A program made the position numbers and the translations under genes. Below are positions 1-9,048 of a stretch of 40,086 bases of DNA, piece by piece (the stretch's first letter is position 1; each line of letters begins with the position of its first letter). Below the pieces are notes generated by a model, which was given only the letters and a program-made list of their open reading frames with translations, had not been told where the DNA came from and searched no databases. The DNA is from Thermodesulfobacteriota bacterium (lineage in GTDB: Bacteria; Desulfobacterota; Dissulfuribacteria; Dissulfuribacterales; UBA3076), in assembly GCA_034718455.1 (NCBI GenBank), contig JAYEMY010000121.1, positions 1 through 40,086 of the forward strand, read 5' to 3'.

Positions 1-616
1 GGAAGGACTCTGCTTCGTCATGGCGTACTCCCATGGCACCGAAGATCACCGCAAATCCTTCATCCTCAGTGAGGAGCCTTGCCTGTCTGACAATCTGGAT
101 TGCAAGGTCATTGTGCGGCAAGCCGCTGCCAGAAAAGATAGGCAGTTTCTGACCCCTCACGATGGTATTCATGCCATCTATGGCAGATATGCCTGTCTGT
201 ATGAAATCCTGTGGGTAGGCCCGTGCCACAGGGTTTATGGGCAGGCCGCTTATATTCCGTCTCTCCCCCCTGAAGGGAACAGGCCCGCCATCAAGGGGTC
301 GGCCCAGGCCATCAAAAATTCGTCCCAGCACCTCTTCCTTTGATACAGTTATCTCAAAGGGCCTGCCAAGAAAACGTACCCTGGTGGTGGGCTGGGCAAG
401 GCCCGAGGTCCCTTCAAATACCTCCACCACGGCAACATCTTCGCTTATAGAGAGTATCCTGCCTTGACGGGACGGGCCATCTGAAGGGACGATCTCCACA
501 ACCTCACCAAAACCGACACCTTTAACGCCGCTTATCACAACCAATGGGCCGCTTATCCTGTCAAGGCCTATGTATTCCAGTATCCCTTTCATGGCAGGAC
601 CTGTAACTGTTTTCAT
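1..616 (-). CDS. atpB: V/A-type ATP synthase subunit B, N-terminal ~205 codons (3' end runs off the left edge)
   Basis: This gene is absent from the ORF track because it is open at the window edge. My translation of the minus strand from the ATG at 616 reads MKTVTGPAMKGILEYIGLDRISGPLVVISGVKGVGFGEVVEIV...LGRIFDGLGRPLDGGP...IQTGISAIDGMNTIVRGQKLPIFSGSGLPHN. That pattern is typical of A/V-ATPase B subunits. It lies 67 nt downstream of atpA on the same strand. The track ORFs 20..343 and 237..467 (+) are antisense shadows of it. Confidence 0.85.
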   Translation of the reverse strand, partial: MKTVTGPAMKGILEYIGLDRISGPLVVISGVKGVGFGEVVEIVPSDGPSRQGRILSISEDVAVVEVFEGTSGLAQPTTRVRFLGRPFEITVSKEEVLGRIFDGLGRPLDGGPVPFRGERRNISGLPINPVARAYPQDFIQTGISAIDGMNTIVRGQKLPIFSGSGLPHNDLAIQIVRQARLLTEDEGFAVIFGAMGVRHDEAESF

Positions 617-683
617 ATTTCTATTGTGTTCCTACACTCTGAGAACTAAAAGCCTTCAGCCTTCAACCTAACACGCTATATCT

Positions 684-2462
684 CTAGCTATTCTGCTTAT
701 GGACAATGGCATTAATCTCCTTATCTATCTGTTCCTTGATTGACTTGAAGGGGCCGGGATCATCACCCCTCTGTGTAAATTTCCGCCTGTGGATTTCAAC
801 TACCACAGGAAGCTCCATGGCCCTGAACAGAGGGATCCGGGCCTTTACCACGTCGGTTAGGCGTTCAATGAAATGTAGTATGACATCAAGCAGGAGAAAC
901 TGTTTTTCCGGGCCGGCATAGGTATCCACCGGGTCAAAGGCGCTCTGTTGCAGGAAGTCGTTCTTAATGAGTCTTGCTCCCTCGATGCTCCTTTTCTGAT
1001 CATCAGGCAGAGCCTCTTCTCCCAGTAATTTTACGATATTTTGCAGCCTTGAGTCCTCCTGGAGGATGTTGATGGTCTTTTCCCTCAGGGTCCTCCAGGT
1101 ACTCCCCACCTTCTCAGTCCACCATGGCTCAACCGCTGAGATATAGGCGGAATAGCTCTGAAGGTAGTTTATGGCAGGAAAGTATCTGGCGCTTGCAAGC
1201 TCTTTATCAAGAGCCCAGAAGCACTGGACAAAACGCTTGGTATGCATGGTTACAGGTTCAGAGAAGTCTCCTCCCGGAGGTGAAACCGCACCTATGAGGG
1301 TCACTGAGCCCCTTTTACCCGCTAAAGACACCACCTGTCCCGCACGTTCGTAGAACGCGGCAAGCCTGCTTGCCAGATAGGCAGGGAAACCTTCTTCAGC
1401 AGGCATCTCCTCCAGTCGACCGGATATCTCCCTCAGGGCCTCGGCCCACCTTGAGGTGGAATCTGCCATAAGGGCAACATCATAGCCCATGTCCCGGTAG
1501 TATTCCGCTATGGTGATGCCTGTGTAGATGCTGGCTTCCCTGGCGGCTACAGGCATATCTGAAGTGTTGGCAATAAGAATGGTCCTTTCTATGAGGGGGC
1601 GCTGAGTCCGTGGATCCAGCAATTTAGGCAAGTCCACAAGGACCCCTGTCATCTCGTTTCCCCGCTCTCCGCAACCGATATAGACTATGATATCCGCATC
1701 CGCCCATCTGGAGAGCTGGTGCTGGGCAACGGTCTTTCCGGTCCCAAAGCCTCCTGGTATGCCTGCGGTACCACCCCTCGCAAGTGGAAAAAAGGTATCT
1801 ATTACCCTCTGTCCGGTAATGAGGGGCTCAGAGGGTATCAGCCGTTTCCGGTATGGACGGATTTTCCTCACCGGCCACCCGTGCAACAACTTGAGTTCAT
1901 GAATTTTATCAGAAGTGGACCGGATTACTGCAATGACGTCATCAAGTGTATAGTCTCCCTTGGGCACGATATGTTCCAAAGTGCCCTGCACCCCGGGAGG
2001 GGCCATAATCCGATGTGTAACGAGCTGTGACTCCGGTAGTTCACCCAGGATTTCGCCTGGTGAGATCGTGGCGCCAGGCCTTACAGATGGGGTAAATTGC
2101 CATACCCTGTCCCTGGAAAGGGCTGTCCCGGTCTTTCCCCGGCGTATAAAGTCCCCCCATTTCCCTCGAAGCACTTCAAGGGGACGCTGGACCCCATCAA
2201 AAATTTCACCCATAAGTCCTGGCCCGAGTTCCACATACAGGGGGAGGCCCTTGGCATATACATCCGCCCCTGGTCGCAGACCGGTTGTGTCTTCATAGAC
2301 CTGAATGGTGGCCAGGTCCTCATCGAGATCAATGACTTCACCCACCAGCCGTTCGTCACCGACCTCCACCATCTCGTTCATTGAAAACATGTGAGCAGGA
2401 CGGGCCTTTACTACAGGACCGCTGATCATGGTGACAAGAGGCTGCTGTGCGGTGGATTCCAT
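684..2462 (-). CDS. atpA: V/A-type ATP synthase catalytic subunit A
   Basis: 592 aa. It has the Walker A motif GGFGTGKTV and a Walker B-like [25 protein letters not shown]. The length and N-terminal barrel ([13 protein letters not shown]) are typical of A-subunits rather than F-type beta. It is followed by subunit B. Confidence 0.9.
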   Translation of the reverse strand: MESTAQQPLVTMISGPVVKARPAHMFSMNEMVEVGDERLVGEVIDLDEDLATIQVYEDTTGLRPGADVYAKGLPLYVELGPGLMGEIFDGVQRPLEVLRGKWGDFIRRGKTGTALSRDRVWQFTPSVRPGATISPGEILGELPESQLVTHRIMAPPGVQGTLEHIVPKGDYTLDDVIAVIRSTSDKIHELKLLHGWPVRKIRPYRKRLIPSEPLITGQRVIDTFFPLARGGTAGIPGGFGTGKTVAQHQLSRWADADIIVYIGCGERGNEMTGVLVDLPKLLDPRTQRPLIERTILIANTSDMPVAAREASIYTGITIAEYYRDMGYDVALMADSTSRWAEALREISGRLEEMPAEEGFPAYLASRLAAFYERAGQVVSLAGKRGSVTLIGAVSPPGGDFSEPVTMHTKRFVQCFWALDKELASARYFPAINYLQSYSAYISAVEPWWTEKVGSTWRTLREKTINILQEDSRLQNIVKLLGEEALPDDQKRSIEGARLIKNDFLQQSAFDPVDTYAGPEKQFLLLDVILHFIERLTDVVKARIPLFRAMELPVVVEIHRRKFTQRGDDPGPFKSIKEQIDKEINAIVHKQNS

Positions 2463-2513
2463 GGTTAATACCGGTTTTTTTCGACTGTACGGTTAAGAAA
2501 CTACTTAAAATCA

Positions 2514-2776
2514 ATCACGAAAACACGAAACAAGATATAAAAAAGATGAACGTCCAACATCGAATGAAAAACGAACATTCAACGGCTATTTAGGTCGAAG
2601 GTTAAAGGCTGAAGTATACTGATATACCGTCTCCTGCAATAATTACCAGCCTTTCTTCCAGGTCATAAGCCTTCCCCCCCATTCAACATTCGATGTTCGA
2701 TGCTCATCTTTTAGCAGTTCATTAGTCCATCCATAGACTTCCCTTTCGTGTTTTCAATCTTTCGTGCTTTCGTGAT
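2514..2776. repeat. ~260-bp composite imperfect palindrome built from short low-complexity motifs
   Basis: The left arm is ATCACGAAAACACGAAA...AAAAGATGAACGTCCAACATCGAATG...AACATTCAACGG. The right arm is CATTCAACATTCGATGTTCGATGCTCATCTTTT...TTTCGTGTTTTCAATCTTTCGTGCTTTCGTGAT, which is its imperfect reverse complement. The centre carries GGTTAAAGGCTGAAG, whose complement CTTCAGCCTTCAACC also occurs at 651-668. Confidence 0.6.
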
Positions 2777-2821
2777 AGCCCTTTCCTTTTTCCTGCATTG
2801 CACAATCTGATAAATAAATTG

Positions 2822-2967
2822 GTAACCGTTCACACTCCCTGGCAGCCGACAGGCTTTTGCAGGGTTTCAACCGCGGACAAGGTTGCACCAAAAGGCGTAT
2901 TCTCAATGGATTGTGCTTTGAAATCCGAAAAAGGCTGTTGGCTGTCAGGGGGGAAGTGAATGATTAC
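2822..2967. repeat. 146-bp foldback (REPIN/MITE-like) element, copy 1
   Basis: About 94% identical by eye to 21946-22091, in the same orientation. Inverted heads are GTAACCGTTCACACTCCCTGGCAGCCGACAGGC and GGCTGTTGGCTGTCAGGGGGGAAGTGAATGATTAC. Confidence 0.8.
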
Positions 2968-3635
2968 TTTAGACCGAGAACATAAGGCGTAAATGTTTTA
3001 AGTATACACATGCACAACAATATACACAAATTATTTTTGAAGATATCAGCGAGACATTTCTCTCTCAATATTTCGGGTGCGGATTATTTTTATTTTGACA
3101 AAACCGGTTTCAAGTATTTGCTCCTTACATTAGTCCTTTTCATCCAGCAAAGTCCCAACGGCACACAATCGCGCGTTCGGCAATGTTGCACATGCGTCTA
3201 TCCGTCTGGCCTATCCAGGCTACGGCAAGCCCGCTTTCCCACAACAATGCCGTTACTTTCCTCAGACGATCATGAGGGAAACGGCAGGGCCGTTTGCGGC
3301 CTGGAAGTTGTGCGTTACGCCTTTAGAGATTGCACTTTGGCCGTCATTAACTTTTTCGGTAGTGGTAAATTGTCGGCTGTTATACGTTGACATAGTAAAA
3401 TGATTCTTTTATTTTTTACTTTAAAAATTTTGGAGGTTTTTAAGTATGGTTACTAAAGAGATTAAAGTGTTATGTTTTTATTAAGGTATGGATATGGGTT
3501 GCTATCGCTAGATATAATAGGCAAGTTATTGCCTTTATTGTTGGATATTGAAAATACAACATGGAGACCGCTATGGAAATATCCTTCCAATCAGTGGATT
3601 GCGGTGAAGCAACAATACCACAAACAGCTGCGACA

Positions 3636-5636
3636 ATGAGTTTGCCTTTTCGTCTATACTCGGATTTCTCCCCCTGCGGAGACCAGCCAGGAGCCATTGC
3701 CGTCCTTACTGAAGGTCTTCAAAGGGGTCTTTACCTTCAGACGCTTCTTGGAGTCACCGGGTCCGGCAAGACATTTACCATGGCCAATATAATAACCCAA
3801 GCGCAGCGGCCTGCCCTGGTAATTGCACCGAACAAAACCCTTGCCGCACAGCTCTTCGGGGAATTCAAGGCCCTTTTTCCGGAAAATGCAGTTGAATATT
3901 TTGTAAGCTATTACGATTACTATCAGCCGGAGGCATATATACCTCAATCCGACATCTACATTCAGAAGGACTCCTCCATCAATGACTTTATCGACAGGCT
4001 TCGCCACTCCGCCACACACTCCCTGTTTACCAGAAGGGATGTGATAATTGTGGCCAGCGTATCCTGTATCTATGGCCTGGGCTCTCCTGAAGAATATCGG
4101 CGTATGCAGTTGTACTTGAGGGTGGGCGATGAGCGTCCCAGAGAAGAAATCCTGGCCCGGCTGGTCGCGATGCTGTATGAACGAAACGATGTGGATTTCC
4201 GCCGGGGGACCTTCAGGGTTCGGGGAGATATAGTTGAGGTTTTTCCTGCCCATGAGGAAAAACACGCTGTAAGGGTCGAGCTCTTTGGAGACGAAATCGA
4301 AAATATCAGTATCATCGACTCACTTAAGGGGCAGACCATTGCTTCATTAAGAGAGACCATTATATATCCATCGAGCCATTACGTGGCATCTGAAGGCAGA
4401 CTTGACGGGGCCATTCTGAGCATCAAGGCGGAGTTGGACGAAAGACTCCTGTTTTTTGAGTCACAGAACAGATTGGTTGAGGCCCAGCGCCTTGAACAGA
4501 GGACCAACCTGGACCTGGAGATGCTTCAGGAACTGGATTATTGCCATGGAATCGAGAACTACGCAAGACACTTCTCCGGTCGTCCCCCGGGAGAGCCTCC
4601 TCCTGTACTGTTAGACTATTTTCCAAGGGATTTTATAACCTTCATTGACGAAAGCCACATAAGCATTCCCCAGATAAGAGGTATGTACGCCGGGGACCGT
4701 TCCAGGAAAAAGACCCTTGTTGAGTTTGGTTTCAGGCTCCCATCAGCCCTGGACAACCGCCCATTACGATTTGACGAGTTTGAAAAGGCCGTGGGCCAGG
4801 TCGTTTGCATCTCCGCCACTCCGGGGCCATATGAGCTTGAAAAGGCAGGAGGGGCCGTGGTGGAGCAGATCATAAGGCCGACAGGTCTTGCAGATCCGCC
4901 GATAGAGGTAAGGCCTGCCGGTACACAGGTGGACGATCTTATGGAGGAGATACAAAAAACCGTTGCGAGAGATGAGCGGGTCCTTGTCACTACCCTGACA
5001 AAGAGGATGGCAGAGGCCCTTACAGAATACTATTCCTCAGTTGGTATTCGCGTTGAATATCTCCACTCGGATATCAAAACCATAGAGAGGAGCAAATTAA
5101 TACACGGTCTGAGGCGTGGTGAATTTGATGTACTGGTCGGGATAAATCTCTTGAGAGAGGGGCTTGATATACCGGAGGTGTCCCTTGTGGCAGTGCTGGA
5201 CGCGGACAAGGAGGGTTTTCTTCGCTCGGAGCGGTCTCTTGTTCAGACAGCAGGGCGGGCCAGCCGGAACGCCGATGGCATGGTACTGCTCTATGCAGAC
5301 AGAGTTACCGGCTCCATGAAGCGGGCTATAGAGGAAACCGAACGCAGGCGCCTGATACAGATAGAATACAACCGGTTACATAATATCACTCCGGTTACCA
5401 TAAAAAAGGCGGTTACAGACGCCCTGTTTTCCATCTATGAGAAAGAGCAGCAATTGGATATGCAGATAGCAGAGGCAACAGCTCCCTATGGCGACTTATC
5501 GAGTATCCCGGACATGGAAGAACGGATCAGAATACTCGAAAAGGAGATGAGGGCCGCAGCCAAAGAATACCGGTTTGAGAAAGCTGCTGAACTCAGAGAC
5601 AGGATTAAAGAACTCAGAGAACGTGCCATGGCGTGA
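3636..5636 (+). CDS. uvrB: excinuclease ABC subunit B
   Basis: Walker [14 protein letters not shown], helicase motifs and a C-terminal UVR motif [17 protein letters not shown] place the start at the internal ATG 3636 ([21 protein letters not shown]), which matches canonical UvrB N-termini. The track ORF opens at 3561. Confidence 0.9.
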   Translation: MSLPFRLYSDFSPCGDQPGAIAVLTEGLQRGLYLQTLLGVTGSGKTFTMANIITQAQRPALVIAPNKTLAAQLFGEFKALFPENAVEYFVSYYDYYQPEAYIPQSDIYIQKDSSINDFIDRLRHSATHSLFTRRDVIIVASVSCIYGLGSPEEYRRMQLYLRVGDERPREEILARLVAMLYERNDVDFRRGTFRVRGDIVEVFPAHEEKHAVRVELFGDEIENISIIDSLKGQTIASLRETIIYPSSHYVASEGRLDGAILSIKAELDERLLFFESQNRLVEAQRLEQRTNLDLEMLQELDYCHGIENYARHFSGRPPGEPPPVLLDYFPRDFITFIDESHISIPQIRGMYAGDRSRKKTLVEFGFRLPSALDNRPLRFDEFEKAVGQVVCISATPGPYELEKAGGAVVEQIIRPTGLADPPIEVRPAGTQVDDLMEEIQKTVARDERVLVTTLTKRMAEALTEYYSSVGIRVEYLHSDIKTIERSKLIHGLRRGEFDVLVGINLLREGLDIPEVSLVAVLDADKEGFLRSERSLVQTAGRASRNADGMVLLYADRVTGSMKRAIEETERRRLIQIEYNRLHNITPVTIKKAVTDALFSIYEKEQQLDMQIAEATAPYGDLSSIPDMEERIRILEKEMRAAAKEYRFEKAAELRDRIKELRERAMA

Positions 5637-5647
5637 GTGACTATGAT

Positions 5648-5690
5648 GTGACCGTTCATGCTCCTTGGCAGTCAGGGAGTGAACAATTAC
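5648..5690. repeat. 43-bp hairpin related to the heads of the 146-bp element
   Basis: GTGACCGTTCATGCTCCTTGGCAG / TCAGGGAGTGAACAATTAC. The two arms resemble the left and right heads of the 146-bp element joined without its interior. It starts 12 nt after the uvrB stop. Confidence 0.5.
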
Positions 5691-5763
5691 ACTGAGAAAA
5701 CTCACCAATTTTCAAAGTCCTTATTTCATAAAAAGTGTCAAGACCGGAAAGGTGTAATCATAA

Positions 5764-8700
5764 ATGACCATAACAGAAAAGATTACTGCAAAAAGCGGCG
5801 TTGAGTTGCTTGTGGAAAAACGCATTATGGATGATTGGGTCGAAATCTCCATCGGGCAGAAAGACTATAAGAAGTGTCTGTTGCATTGGGGGCTTTGTCA
5901 CCATGTTCAAACACCCTGGAAGATGCCTCCAATTTCGGTCTGGCCTGAGGGCAGCAAGGCATTTGGCTGGCAAGCCATTCAGACCCCTTTTGCAGAGAAA
6001 GATGCTGCCGGCGGAATCGTTATAAGACTGGATCGGAAATTGGATTTTTCTTTTTTGGTTTTTGTTCTCTATTTTCCCGAGGAAGAGCGCTGGGACAATA
6101 ACCTCGGCCGGAACTACCGAATCCCGCTTGCTGTTCCTTCAGAAAATGAGGTGTCTTTGGGCCATCCTGAACTCACAGTGATCGCCGACGAGATCATTGA
6201 AAAGGAAATGAGCCGCAATTCCTGGACACTGATGCATCGTTTCAACCTATGTTACGACCTGCTGGACAGAGTCAGAAACAACATGGAGGGGCTGGCGCTT
6301 ATATTTATATGGCTGCGTTTTTCCGCCATCAGACAACTGGACTGGCAGCGAAACTACAACACCCAGCCCAGAGAATTGAGCCATGCCGAGGACCGCCTGA
6401 CGCTCAGGCTTGCTGACCAGTACACGAAAGAAGAGCCGGAAGGGCGTGAGTACATCCGTCTGATGCTGACCACTATGGGGCGAGGTGGTGAAGGACAACG
6501 AATCCGCGATGAGGTCTTAAACATCATGCATCGCCTCCATATAAAAGAGGTCTCCGGACATTTTATGGAGGAATGGCACCAGAAACTTCACAATAACACC
6601 ACTCCTGATGATGTTGTCATCTGTGAGGCCTATCTGGGGTTCTTAAACAATAATGGTAATCTGGATTTATTTTATAAGATACTCGAAGCAGGTGGGATTA
6701 CAAAAGAAAGGCTTGAGAGCTTCGAGCGCCCAATCATATCTCACCCTGATTTTGTCCCGTCTATAAAAGACCCCTTAATTCATGAGTTAGAGCATTTCCT
6801 GGGGATTCTCAAGGCCGTTCATTCCGGTACTGATCTCGGCACTGCCATCTACGCCGCCAGATATCTATTCGATTCAGGAATGCATGGCCTGATGGACTTT
6901 ATCTGGGCGCATCGTGACACTATTGATGCCTGCATGCTTATTGAAAAGATTACTGAGGCACGCCGACGCCTTAAAACACAATTGCAAGGCAGTTCAAATG
7001 TTGTACGGGACCTGCTCTTCCTCGATCTGGCTTTGGAGAATTTTCTGCGCGTTGTGGTGGAACGGAGTCTTCATTTGCATCTCAGCGCTGATCAACTGGT
7101 GGAATTGATCGCAATGGTGCTGGACAATCTCCTTATTTCAAAAGGCAATGACGAGCTTACATACTGTCTTCACCAGTGGAAGCATATCAGGAGGATGCCC
7201 CATTCCGGAAAAGATTGGGCACTCCAATCCCGGGCCGTACTCGATCGTCTTACACGTGCCTTGGGCGCTGCAATCGACCATTATTACCGAGTCCTTCAGC
7301 CCAAGGCCGAATTTCTCGGCGAGGCCTTTCGCGCCGAATCGTGGGTTATTTCCCTCTTCAGTGAGGAAGTGGTGCGAGGCAAACCTATTTTCGCCCTTTC
7401 GATGCTTTTACGTCAGATAGATCCGATATTGCGTAGAGATGCCCATCTCGGCAGTTGGCAGGTGATCGGCCAGGGCCAAGGCACAGGACAAGTGGAGGTT
7501 GTCTCCGACTTAAGGTCCGTTCAGGGCAAGGATTTTGCTCGACCCACAGTCATTATTGCCGACAAGGTCGCAGGAGAGGAAGAAATCCCCAAAGATGTGA
7601 TTGCTGTCATCACACCGGACTTGACCGACATAGTATCCCATGTTGCGATCCGGGCCAGAAATGCCAATGTGCTATTTGCCGTTTGCTACGACCCTGATAT
7701 AATCAGGCGTCTGAAGTCTTTCAGTGGACACCTTCTCAGCTTAAGCGTAAATGTAGCCGGTGATGTAATATTCAAAAAGGGTCCCGGAGATCCGGGCATT
7801 ACTTCGCAGCGTGTCCTGCCGGTTCCACGGATATCCCGGCCTTGCTTCACTGCTTATGCCGTATCGTCAAGTAAGTTCAATCAGAAAACCGTCGGGGGCA
7901 AATCCAACAACCTGAGGCATCTGCAGGGCAGGTTGCCGGAATGGATAGGTCTTCCCAATTCAGTGGCCATGCCGTTCGGGGGCTTTGAAAAGGTACTTGC
8001 CGAAAAAAACAACAAGGAAATTGCCGCAAATTATAATGAACTGGTACTGCGAATAGATAAAAATGCTGAGAAGGTGGATAGAGAGGTACTGAGTGAACTC
8101 CGTAAAACCATTCTGGGTCTCAAGGCACCTGATGAGCTGGTCTCTGAGCTTCATGGGGTGATGGATGAGGCAGGGCTTCCATGGCCCGCAAGCTGGGAAG
8201 ATGCCTGGACATGTATCAAAGGCGTATGGGGCTCCAAATGGAACGAAAGGGCATATTTGAGCCGCAGGACAAGAGGGATTCTCCATGCGGATCTCTTTAT
8301 GGCAGTGCTCATTCAAGAGGTGGTCAAAGCGGATTACAGTTTTGTGATCCATACCGTCAACCCCTCTACAGGCAACAGGGACGAGATCTATGCCGAGGTG
8401 GTCCCGGGTCTTGGAGAGACATTGGTAGGCAATTATCCCGGAAAGGCCTTCAGCTTCACCAGCAGGAAGGGAAAAGATGAACCACAACTCCTGGCTTTCC
8501 CGAGCAAAAGCGTTGCTTTTTTCGGCAGCGGCCTGATCTTCCGTTCGGATTCCAATGGGGAAGATCTGGCTGGTTATGCCGGTGCTGGTCTTTACGACAG
8601 CATAATGTTGGAGCCGTCAGTCAAAATTGCCATGGATTACACACGCGAAGCGCTTGTGGGGAATGAAGATTTTAGAAAGGATTTTTTAATCACTGTAGCT

Positions 8701-8820
8701 AATATCGGCACAGTTGTTGAGAAAGCTATGGGCTTTCCACAGGACATCGAAGGTGCTTACTCAAAAGGTCAATATTACGTTGTCCAAACCCGCCCCCAGG
8801 TTGGGATTAACCTAAGTTAA
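5764..8820 (+). CDS. alpha-glucan water dikinase-like protein (PEP/pyruvate-binding dikinase family)
   Basis: 1018 aa. The C-terminal ATP-grasp/PPDK-N-type domain shows GGKSNNLRHL and VWGSKWNERAYLSRR. The phosphohistidine segment is PDLTDIVSHVAIRARNANVLFAVCYDP (His codon 7639-7641), which resembles the plant GWD motif as I remember it. The N-terminus (LLHWGLCHH...W..P....WPEGS...FVLYF...WDNNLGRNYRIPL) resembles a CBM45-like starch-binding module. Confidence 0.7.
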   Translation: MTITEKITAKSGVELLVEKRIMDDWVEISIGQKDYKKCLLHWGLCHHVQTPWKMPPISVWPEGSKAFGWQAIQTPFAEKDAAGGIVIRLDRKLDFSFLVFVLYFPEEERWDNNLGRNYRIPLAVPSENEVSLGHPELTVIADEIIEKEMSRNSWTLMHRFNLCYDLLDRVRNNMEGLALIFIWLRFSAIRQLDWQRNYNTQPRELSHAEDRLTLRLADQYTKEEPEGREYIRLMLTTMGRGGEGQRIRDEVLNIMHRLHIKEVSGHFMEEWHQKLHNNTTPDDVVICEAYLGFLNNNGNLDLFYKILEAGGITKERLESFERPIISHPDFVPSIKDPLIHELEHFLGILKAVHSGTDLGTAIYAARYLFDSGMHGLMDFIWAHRDTIDACMLIEKITEARRRLKTQLQGSSNVVRDLLFLDLALENFLRVVVERSLHLHLSADQLVELIAMVLDNLLISKGNDELTYCLHQWKHIRRMPHSGKDWALQSRAVLDRLTRALGAAIDHYYRVLQPKAEFLGEAFRAESWVISLFSEEVVRGKPIFALSMLLRQIDPILRRDAHLGSWQVIGQGQGTGQVEVVSDLRSVQGKDFARPTVIIADKVAGEEEIPKDVIAVITPDLTDIVSHVAIRARNANVLFAVCYDPDIIRRLKSFSGHLLSLSVNVAGDVIFKKGPGDPGITSQRVLPVPRISRPCFTAYAVSSSKFNQKTVGGKSNNLRHLQGRLPEWIGLPNSVAMPFGGFEKVLAEKNNKEIAANYNELVLRIDKNAEKVDREVLSELRKTILGLKAPDELVSELHGVMDEAGLPWPASWEDAWTCIKGVWGSKWNERAYLSRRTRGILHADLFMAVLIQEVVKADYSFVIHTVNPSTGNRDEIYAEVVPGLGETLVGNYPGKAFSFTSRKGKDEPQLLAFPSKSVAFFGSGLIFRSDSNGEDLAGYAGAGLYDSIMLEPSVKIAMDYTREALVGNEDFRKDFLITVANIGTVVEKAMGFPQDIEGAYSKGQYYVVQTRPQVGINLS

Positions 8821-8988
8821 GCGTTTAGCTGTCAGCCATCAGCGTTTAGCGCGGTTGCTCTCATTATCGTTATGTATCCGTTGAGACTTAACGACCACCG
8901 AAAAATGTAATAGCAGAACATCCTGCTTGTCAGGGCGGCAGACCGATAATCATTAACTAATGCTAACCGCTAATTGCTAAACGCTTAA
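8817..8988. repeat. palindromic intergenic element with TTAAGCGTTTAGC termini
   Basis: TTAAGCGTTTAGC at 8817-8829 and its exact complement GCTAAACGCTTAA at 8976-8988. There are additional internal AGCGTTTAGC / GCTAACCGCT copies. The left terminus contains the TAA stop (8818-8820) of the dikinase gene. Confidence 0.55.
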
Positions 8989-9026
8989 TTTACCTTAATT
9001 CAGCATTCAGCATTTATTTGTGCATC

Positions 9027-9048
9027 GCGGTGCCCTGTGAACGCTTAC
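9027..9048 (-). repeat. single REP-like head GTAAGCGTTCACAGGGCACCGC
   Basis: A 22/22 match to 27788-27809 on the opposite strand. Its TAA is the stop codon (9045-9047) of the MetE-like gene. Confidence 0.55.

Noticed and set aside
20-467. Track ORFs 20..343 and 237..467 (+)
   Set aside because: They are antisense to the clearly recognisable atpB coding sequence and have no motifs.
2895-2958. Small ORF inside 146-bp element copy 1 (MDCALKSEKGCWLSGGK)
   Set aside because: Copy 2 has ACA in place of the ATG, so the ORF is not conserved between copies.
3255-3275. GAGGAAAGT on the minus strand as the RNase P RNA CR-I motif
   Set aside because: Only 9 nt match. The following CCGGGC is missing, and none of the other conserved RNase P blocks (GGGUGAAA, ACAGAA.CCGGCUUA type) are in the surrounding 400 nt.
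3010-3390. 126-aa ORF as a protein-coding gene
   Set aside because: It has no SD and an odd composition, with Cys, Arg and Ser runs. It spans an AT-rich to GC-rich transition and I recognised no motif. I treat it as non-coding and list it under the candidate structured region.
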